From Endomicrobiales bacterium (lineage in GTDB: Bacteria > Elusimicrobiota > Endomicrobiia > Endomicrobiales > CAWCFT01): 64,000 bases of DNA. The position numbers and the translations under genes are program-made. Below are positions 57,869-64,000 of the stretch, in pieces. Position 1 is the first letter of the stretch. Each line of letters opens with the position of its first letter. The stretch covers positions 352,001 through 416,000 of the forward strand of contig CAWCFT010000004.1 of NCBI GenBank assembly GCA_963794945.1. The letters are read 5' to 3'. The notes under the pieces were generated by a model that worked only from the letters and a program-made list of their open reading frames with translations, was not told where the DNA came from and made no database searches.

Positions 57869-60613
57869 CTATTTCTTCTTGCTTGTTTCCTTAAGCACAG
57901 CCTGCGCCGCGGCAAGGCGGGCTATCGGAACTCTGAAAGGCGAACAGGAAACGTAGTTCATGCCGATCTTGTGGCAGAACTCGACCGACTTGGGGTCTCC
58001 GCCGTGCTCTCCGCAGATACCGATCTTGAGGTCTTTCTTAACTTTCCTTCCGCGCTCGATGCCGATTTTCATTAGCTCACCGATGCCGTCCTGGTCGATG
58101 GTCCCGAACGGGTCATCCGCAAGGATCTTCTTGTTGATGTAATCAAGCAGGAAGCCGCCGATGTCGTCGCGGGAGAAACCGAAACCCATCTGGGTAAGGT
58201 CGTTGGTGCCGAAGCTGAAGAACTCGGCCACTTCAGCGATCTTTCCAGCCTGAAGCGCCGCTCTCGGTATCTCTATCATCGTTCCGAACATGTACGTTAT
58301 TTTTTTGAGGCCGTACTTTTCACAGGTCTCTTTATAAATTCTGTCTACTATGGCCTTCTGGTCAAGCAGCTCTTTTTCGTTGCAGACGACGGGTATCATT
58401 ATTTCGGGATTGACCTTCTTTCCCGCCTTAACAAGTTCAGCCGCAGCTTCAAGTATCGCCCTCACCTGCATCTCGGTGACTTCAGGGTAAGTTACTCCGA
58501 GCCTTACTCCGCGGTGCCCCATCATCGGATTGCTTTCTTTTAAGCTTTCTCCGCGCTTCTTTGCATCATCAACGGAGATGCCGAGCTCTTTGGCCATATC
58601 GGCTATCTTGTCTTCGCTGTGGGGAACGAACTCGTGCAGCGGCGGATCGATCATCCTGATCGTTATGGGGAAACCATTGAGAACTTCCATGGTCGCCTTG
58701 ATATCGCTTTTGACGAAAACTGAAAGCTCTTTCAAGACTGCCTTGCGTTCTTCAACGGTTTTCGACATGATCATTTTCCTGAGCAGGAACAGCGGTTTAT
58801 CGCTGCCCTCGCCGTAGAACATATGCTCTATGCGGAAAAGCCCAATGCCTTCGGCTCCGAACTCCATCGCTTTCTTCGCGTCTTTCGGTGTGTCGGAGTT
58901 GGTGCGGACTTTAAGCTTTCTGAATTTATCTACAAGCTTCATAAGCTGTTTGAACGAGGCGTTGTGCTCAAGGTCAGGGTCAACCAGGGGAAGCTTCGCC
59001 GCGTAAACCGTGCCTTTCGTGCCGTTGAGCGTAATCCAATCGCCTTCTTTTACAGTTACTCCGCTCTTTGTTGTAAATGATTTCTCATCATCGGCTATTT
59101 CAAGCCCTTCGCAGCCGACTATGCAGCATTTGCCCCATCCGCGCGCGACAAGCGCCGCGTGTGAGGTCATGCCGCCCTTGGAGGTAAGAATAGCTTCTGC
59201 TTTATGCATTCCGTCCACGTCTTCGGGAGACGTCTCTTCTCTTACAAGAATGACTTTCTCACCCTTTTCCGCCCACTTCACTGCGTCGTGGGACGAGAAC
59301 ACTACGCGCCCAACCGCTCCGCCGGGGCCTGCCGGAAGGCCTTTCGCTATTATCTTGGTCGCGCCTTCGGCTTTCGGGTCGGTCATCGGGAGAAGAAGCT
59401 CAACGAGCTGGTTCGAAGGAACGCGGGCAACTGCTGTCGCCGCGTCAATGAATTTTTCATTATACATATCAACGGCCATTCTTACGGCCGCGGTTCCGTT
59501 CCTCTTTCCTATCCTGCACTGAAGCATGAATAGTTTGCCGTTCTCTATGGTGAACTCTATGTCCTGCATGTCTTTGTAGTGGGTCTCGAGCCTTCTCTGT
59601 ATGTCAAAAAGCTCTTTGTAGATAGCCGGCATTAATTTCTGAAGTGACGGCAGGTTCCTTGACTGGTCGTTCTTGGACTGGTCGTTGATAGGGGCCGGTG
59701 TCCTGATACCCGCGACAACGTCTTCGCCCTGCGCGTTGACAAGGTATTCGCCGTAGAAATAATTTTCGCCGTTGCCGGGGTTCCTTGTGAACGCGACGCC
59801 CGTGGCCGAATTATCTCCCATGTTGCCGAACACCATTGCCTGAACGTTTACAGCCGTTCCCCATTCATCCGGTATTCTTTCTATCCTGCGGTACTCAATG
59901 GCGCGTTTTCCGTTCCATGACATGAACACGGCGCCGATTCCGCCCCATATCTGGTCTTCTGGCTTTTCAGGGAAAGCTTCGCCCATCTCGGTTTTGACCA
60001 TTCCCTTGAACGTCGCTACAAGGCCCTTAAGTTCTTCTGCCGAGATCTCGGTATCAAGTTTATAGCCTTTCGAATGCTTGAGCTCTTCAAGCTTCTCGTC
60101 CATGAGCTTTCTGATGCCTTTGCCCCTGGCCGGCTCTCTTCCCGCGGCTTTTTCCATAACGACATCCGCGTACATCATGACAAGCCTGCGGTAAGCGTCA
60201 TAGGCAAAACGGGGGTTGTTGGTTTTCTTTATAAGGCCCTGCACTGTTTCGTCGTTGAGGCCGACGTTCAAAACCGTGTCCATCATTCCCGGCATCGATT
60301 TTCTCGCGCCTGAACGGACGGAAACAAGAAGCGGGTCGTTGACGTCTCCGAACTTCTTGCCCATTATAGCTTCTACTTTCGCCATGGCAGTTTTAACCTG
60401 AGCTTTGAGCTCAGCGGGGTATTTTTTCTTGTTCTCATAATAATAGGTACAAACTTCAGTTGTAATGGTAAATCCGGCAGGCACAGGCAGTCTCAGGGCC
60501 TTGTGTCCGGCCATCTCGGCAAGGTTAGCGCCTTTGCCGCCCAGCAGGTTCTTCATACTCTCGTTTCCGTCAGCTTTTCCGCCGCCGAAAGAATACACAT
60601 ACTTTTTAGGCAT
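57869..60613 (-). CDS. ppdK: Pyruvate, phosphate dikinase
   Basis: LGGKGANLAEM, SVRSGA, GGMTSHAALVARG, FSFGTNDLTQ, GICGEHGG. Confidence 0.97.
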   Translation of the reverse strand: MPKKYVYSFGGGKADGNESMKNLLGGKGANLAEMAGHKALRLPVPAGFTITTEVCTYYYENKKKYPAELKAQVKTAMAKVEAIMGKKFGDVNDPLLVSVRSGARKSMPGMMDTVLNVGLNDETVQGLIKKTNNPRFAYDAYRRLVMMYADVVMEKAAGREPARGKGIRKLMDEKLEELKHSKGYKLDTEISAEELKGLVATFKGMVKTEMGEAFPEKPEDQIWGGIGAVFMSWNGKRAIEYRRIERIPDEWGTAVNVQAMVFGNMGDNSATGVAFTRNPGNGENYFYGEYLVNAQGEDVVAGIRTPAPINDQSKNDQSRNLPSLQKLMPAIYKELFDIQRRLETHYKDMQDIEFTIENGKLFMLQCRIGKRNGTAAVRMAVDMYNEKFIDAATAVARVPSNQLVELLLPMTDPKAEGATKIIAKGLPAGPGGAVGRVVFSSHDAVKWAEKGEKVILVREETSPEDVDGMHKAEAILTSKGGMTSHAALVARGWGKCCIVGCEGLEIADDEKSFTTKSGVTVKEGDWITLNGTKGTVYAAKLPLVDPDLEHNASFKQLMKLVDKFRKLKVRTNSDTPKDAKKAMEFGAEGIGLFRIEHMFYGEGSDKPLFLLRKMIMSKTVEERKAVLKELSVFVKSDIKATMEVLNGFPITIRMIDPPLHEFVPHSEDKIADMAKELGISVDDAKKRGESLKESNPMMGHRGVRLGVTYPEVTEMQVRAILEAAAELVKAGKKVNPEIMIPVVCNEKELLDQKAIVDRIYKETCEKYGLKKITYMFGTMIEIPRAALQAGKIAEVAEFFSFGTNDLTQMGFGFSRDDIGGFLLDYINKKILADDPFGTIDQDGIGELMKIGIERGRKVKKDLKIGICGEHGGDPKSVEFCHKIGMNYVSCSPFRVPIARLAAAQAVLKETSKKK

Positions 60614-60741
60614 TTTTTTCTCCTTTTTATTAAAAACGATTACGCTGATTATTACTGAGATTACACGGATAAATCAAAAAGTCTAAATCTGTGTGATCTG
60701 TTTTTAATCTGTGTAATCAGGAGGCTATTTTAATAGCCCCT

Positions 60742-60975
60742 TCATTTTTTTTGTTCGTTGAGGATTGTGGACTTTGCGAGGGCATCTAGGGTTGGTTTAT
60801 GTATGGTGCGCTTATAATCCAATATAAGTCCGTAGACCTCGTCCATCGATTCTTTTATGACAAGCCGGTTGTTAGTGTAAAGATTTATGACCGTATCCGG
60901 CACCGATTCTATGCTTTCAATGAGCTCGGCGTTTAATATTACTTGTTGGCCGTTTAAACGATGTACTTTTATCAC
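60742..60975 (-). CDS. flbD: FlbD/SwrD-family protein
   Basis: (V)IKVHRLNG..VILNAELIESIESVPDTVI...KES; GTG start 5 nt after a TTGACT-17-TAGAAT promoter (60981-61009). Confidence 0.8.
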   Translation of the reverse strand: MIKVHRLNGQQVILNAELIESIESVPDTVINLYTNNRLVIKESMDEVYGLILDYKRTIHKPTLDALAKSTILNEQKK

Positions 60976-61107
60976 GGCTAATTCTACAACTTCAGGTTCC
61001 AAAAGTCAAGCCGGAGGCCCGGCATGTTAGACAGGGTAATTCCAGAGCGCCTTTCATGAGTGGCCAAGAACATGATTTTAACGTTGTTCGGTTATCTACG
61101 CCTGCGG

Positions 61108-62256
61108 TTAGACACTCTTAACAAAACGGTTTATCTTCGAAACTACTATGTTTTCCCAGAATTTGTTCGCGGATGTCCGGAAATCGTTTGGCTTAACCTT
61201 TGTATTTATGGCCTTCTCCAACATACGTCCTATTACTCCTGAACGATATAACGATTCACCGGCTTTCTGTATGGAATCTAATACCAGATTATACGTTTTA
61301 AAAAAAGTGGGGTCATTGTGGAGGAACATGCATGCGGTCCTATAAATGCCTCCTAAATACGGCATATGAGCGCCGTGGCTGACCGCCTTGAAATATTCTA
61401 TAACCGCGTTGAAGTGCGATTGTTCAGGGAACCCGCAAACCGAGAACACGAAAAAAGACTGCTCTTTCTTTACCCGCCGGGGATGCCGCGTTTTTGACAG
61501 CCCGGCTATCATGTACGGGTGCTCAAGGCAAAATGCGCGTTCAATGAAATTTTTTAGTTTGCCGGGGACGGTGTCCCAGTATAGGGGAAAGGCGTATATA
61601 ATGAGATCGGAACCGTAGTAGCGGTCGTAGAGGGCGTTCAAGTCATCCTGTTGCACGCACTTTCCCGTATTGTTTTTCCAGCAATGGAAACAACCGGCGC
61701 AGGGGAGAATGTTTGCCGAACACAGATCAACGGTTTCCACAACGGCGCCCGCGCCGGCCATTCCTTTGATGAACCTGTTCAGGTACAGATAAGTATAACC
61801 GTTACGTCCCCTGGGCGCCCCGTTAATTACCAGAACTTTTTCCGGCGGATGCCAATTTTTGAGAGGTTTTAATTCGAATTCAGCGGGGGGATCGGCTGTC
61901 TCAACGCCTATTTTATACAACAGATCCTTTCTGATGATTCGGTCAAATACTTTTGTGTCGCCCTCAAATTTCAGTTTTCCTGTTACCGCCCCCCACACCG
62001 GGTTCAACTTGCCCCTGGCAAGTTCAAGCCAGTCGTACAGACTGGCCGTGAGTTTTACATCGTACGTTTTAATACAGCCAAAATCAAAGACCAGCTTATC
62101 GCCATCCGAAACAAAATAACAAAGTATTTTTTCATCCCGGAATTCCAGGTCGAGCCGTATACTGCCTTTTTCTTTTTTTGACGACGAATTAAAAGCATCG
62201 ATGATGTAACAGGAAAGGATTGTTAAGTTCTCACGCGAGCTGATTTCCTCTTTCAT
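61108..62256 (-). CDS. SCP2 domain + iron-sulfur flavoprotein/NADPH-dependent FMN reductase
   Basis: LARGKLNP..GKLKFEGD; INGAPR, CAGCFHCW..C, PLYWD..PG.LKNFIER. Confidence 0.85.
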   Translation of the reverse strand: MKEEISSRENLTILSCYIIDAFNSSSKKEKGSIRLDLEFRDEKILCYFVSDGDKLVFDFGCIKTYDVKLTASLYDWLELARGKLNPVWGAVTGKLKFEGDTKVFDRIIRKDLLYKIGVETADPPAEFELKPLKNWHPPEKVLVINGAPRGRNGYTYLYLNRFIKGMAGAGAVVETVDLCSANILPCAGCFHCWKNNTGKCVQQDDLNALYDRYYGSDLIIYAFPLYWDTVPGKLKNFIERAFCLEHPYMIAGLSKTRHPRRVKKEQSFFVFSVCGFPEQSHFNAVIEYFKAVSHGAHMPYLGGIYRTACMFLHNDPTFFKTYNLVLDSIQKAGESLYRSGVIGRMLEKAINTKVKPNDFRTSANKFWENIVVSKINRFVKSV

Positions 62257-62324
62257 GGTTTCCTCCTTGCATTCTTAATAAATTATAGCAAGGAGCTTGT
62301 CTCAGCGCATTAACATTTGTTAAT

Positions 62325-62930
62325 TCATTTATTTTTACCCGTACGGATACGTGATAACGAAACCTGGGTTAACCCCAAAAATGAGGCCGTGTCTTTTAAG
62401 CTTATTCTGCCCCTCAGATGACTGTACTCCGCCAAAAAAGTTGTGTACCGCGCGGCGCCGTCCTCTTTCAGAAAACTCGCCTCTCTTCTCTCTTTTTCGG
62501 CATATATCTTTTCAGTATATTTCCTTGCTATCGCGCACCACGCAAGTGACGCGCCTATATTATTACTGTAGGTTTGGAAACCGATCGACAGCACCGCTGT
62601 CTCTTCCATGGCTTCGATATAGTATGGTGAAGGGAATTGGTAAAGGAAGCCCGCGTAAGAAGCGGCAAAATCGTTCTCCGGAGAGAAATGTTTTACCCAC
62701 TCGTTGCCGTCTGCGTCGATATAATAATATTTCATCAAACCTTTGACAATAAAACCTATTTTATCCGGGACTTCCCCTTCTCTCACGAAAAGGTCTCCCT
62801 TGTTGTAATGCTCTACCCTGAATGCATCCCTTATCTCGTTTTCGTTGATGATCACACCTGAGCCGGATATCTTTTTTAATTCATTTATTAGCACGGTATG
62901 ATAGTTATCCCTGCTATTTGCATTTGGCAA
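62325..62930 (-). CDS. Crp/Fnr-family transcriptional regulator
   Basis: cNMP-binding barrel; ASFLGLTQVSLSRIR; GGAG before TTG start. Confidence 0.88.
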   Translation of the reverse strand: MPNANSRDNYHTVLINELKKISGSGVIINENEIRDAFRVEHYNKGDLFVREGEVPDKIGFIVKGLMKYYYIDADGNEWVKHFSPENDFAASYAGFLYQFPSPYYIEAMEETAVLSIGFQTYSNNIGASLAWCAIARKYTEKIYAEKERREASFLKEDGAARYTTFLAEYSHLRGRISLKDTASFLGLTQVSLSRIRTGKNK

Positions 62931-64000
62931 GATTAGCTCCCTTTGTGGATTTAGTCTGCGGTATTTCCGCAAGGGCGGCCTGTATGCACCTGATAACGAA
63001 TGTGATCTCCTGCTTTGTTATGCTTAGAGGCGGCATGAGGACCAGAATATTGCCCAGCGGGCGGATTATGAGGCCCTTTGGGCGGCAGGCGGCGCAAACG
63101 CGGGCTCCAATTTTTAGTTTCGCGGGAAAATCTTCCTTTGTCCGGAGGTCTTTTACCAGTTCTATGCCTGCCATCAGCCCTTTCTGGCGGATGTCGCCGA
63201 CACAGTTCAAGCCCCGCAATTTTGAAAGCTCTATTTTCAAGTGCTCAATTTTGGCCGGCAGCGCTTTCAGCACGTTCTCTTTTTTAAATATATCAAGGTT
63301 AGCTAGAGCAGCTGCGCAGGCAAGCGGGTTTGCGGTGTACGTGTGTCCGTGAAAAAACGTTTTGAATTCCTCGTATTTACCCAGAAAGGCTTTGTAAACT
63401 TCTTCCGTTGCGAGTGTTGCGGCAAGCGGAAGGTATCCGCCGGTGATACCTTTTGAGAGGCACATGAGGTCGGGGCTGACGCCTTCGTGCTCAACAGCGA
63501 ACATCTTACCTGTCCTTCCAAACCCGGTCGCCACCTCATCGCATATAAGCAGCACCTTGTATTTCCGGCAAAGCTTTTCTATCTCCTTTACATAGCCCCG
63601 CGGCATCACAAGCATCCCCGCCGCGCCCTGCACCAGCGGCTCGATCACCGCCGCCGCTATCTCTTTGTGGTGTTCTTTGAATATTTTTTCAGCCTCTTTG
63701 AGGCATTCGCCTCCGCAACTCATTGCCTCGCAGTGGTTTGCAAAGCTGCTAATTTTTGATCTTTGATTCTTGATTTTTGATTTTCTGTATTCGCAACGGT
63801 AGCAGTACGGCGACGGCGCGAAAAAGGTTTTAAACAGCATCGGGCGGAACTTGGCGTGAAAATCTTCCATTCCGCCAACGGAAACGGAGCCTATTGTGTC
63901 GCCGTGGTAGGCATTGACGAAAGAGAGGAACTTCGTTTTTTTTGTGTTGCCTTTCTGGCACCAGTACTGGTAGGCCATCTTGAGCGCGACCTCAACGGAA
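62914..64000 (-). CDS. bioA: Adenosylmethionine-8-amino-7-oxononanoate aminotransferase (5' partial)
   Basis: AYHGDT, EPLVQGAAG, DEVATGFGRTG, LSKGITGG, FFHGHTYTANP. Confidence 0.95.
   Translation of the reverse strand, partial: SVEVALKMAYQYWCQKGNTKKTKFLSFVNAYHGDTIGSVSVGGMEDFHAKFRPMLFKTFFAPSPYCYRCEYRKSKIKNQRSKISSFANHCEAMSCGGECLKEAEKIFKEHHKEIAAAVIEPLVQGAAGMLVMPRGYVKEIEKLCRKYKVLLICDEVATGFGRTGKMFAVEHEGVSPDLMCLSKGITGGYLPLAATLATEEVYKAFLGKYEEFKTFFHGHTYTANPLACAAALANLDIFKKENVLKALPAKIEHLKIELSKLRGLNCVGDIRQKGLMAGIELVKDLRTKEDFPAKLKIGARVCAACRPKGLIIRPLGNILVLMPPLSITKQEITFVIRCIQAALAEIPQTKSTKGANLAKCK

Noticed and set aside
1153..63759. Numerous short + strand ORFs in the track
   Set aside because: Antisense shadows of well-supported minus-strand genes with no recognisable motifs.

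Overview
Bacterial chromosomal window with almost all genes on the minus strand. Gene content suggests Elusimicrobiota (inference from the giant-protein family and the histone). Many conserved genes (dapA, glgA-like, U32, TolC, RND, HEPN) carry single-base frameshifts, most simply read as long-read indel errors. Housekeeping content: glgE/glgA, a lysA-dapF-dapA-dapB-FAH-dapL-folK-panB run, mfd, ptsP, ppdK, bioA, an ECF sigma/anti-sigma/Spy/TolC/RND locus, a YaiO-GT2-deacetylase exopolysaccharide locus and an MNT-HEPN pair. Two regions stand out. (1) At 1-11633, a giant (>3,600 aa, runs off the window) signal-peptide-bearing protein has a TraB/TIKI/ChaN-like N-terminal domain. Toxin-like modules follow (nucleotidyltransferase, GNAT, three HExxH zincins, two ART-like), separated by repeated hydrophobic linkers. 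It lies behind a promoter, a secreted leader ORF and an intrinsic terminator, an attenuator-like layout. (2) At 19336-22647 is a cluster of small nucleic-acid-binding candidates, two of them below the ORF-track cutoff: a 59-aa Bd0055-like bacterial histone, an HTH protein, a tandem-repeat Lys-rich protein and a 53-aa PC4-like candidate, flanking a lysine 2,3-aminomutase. Also seen: operator arrays, a candidate structured ncRNA and several families of small palindromic repeats.
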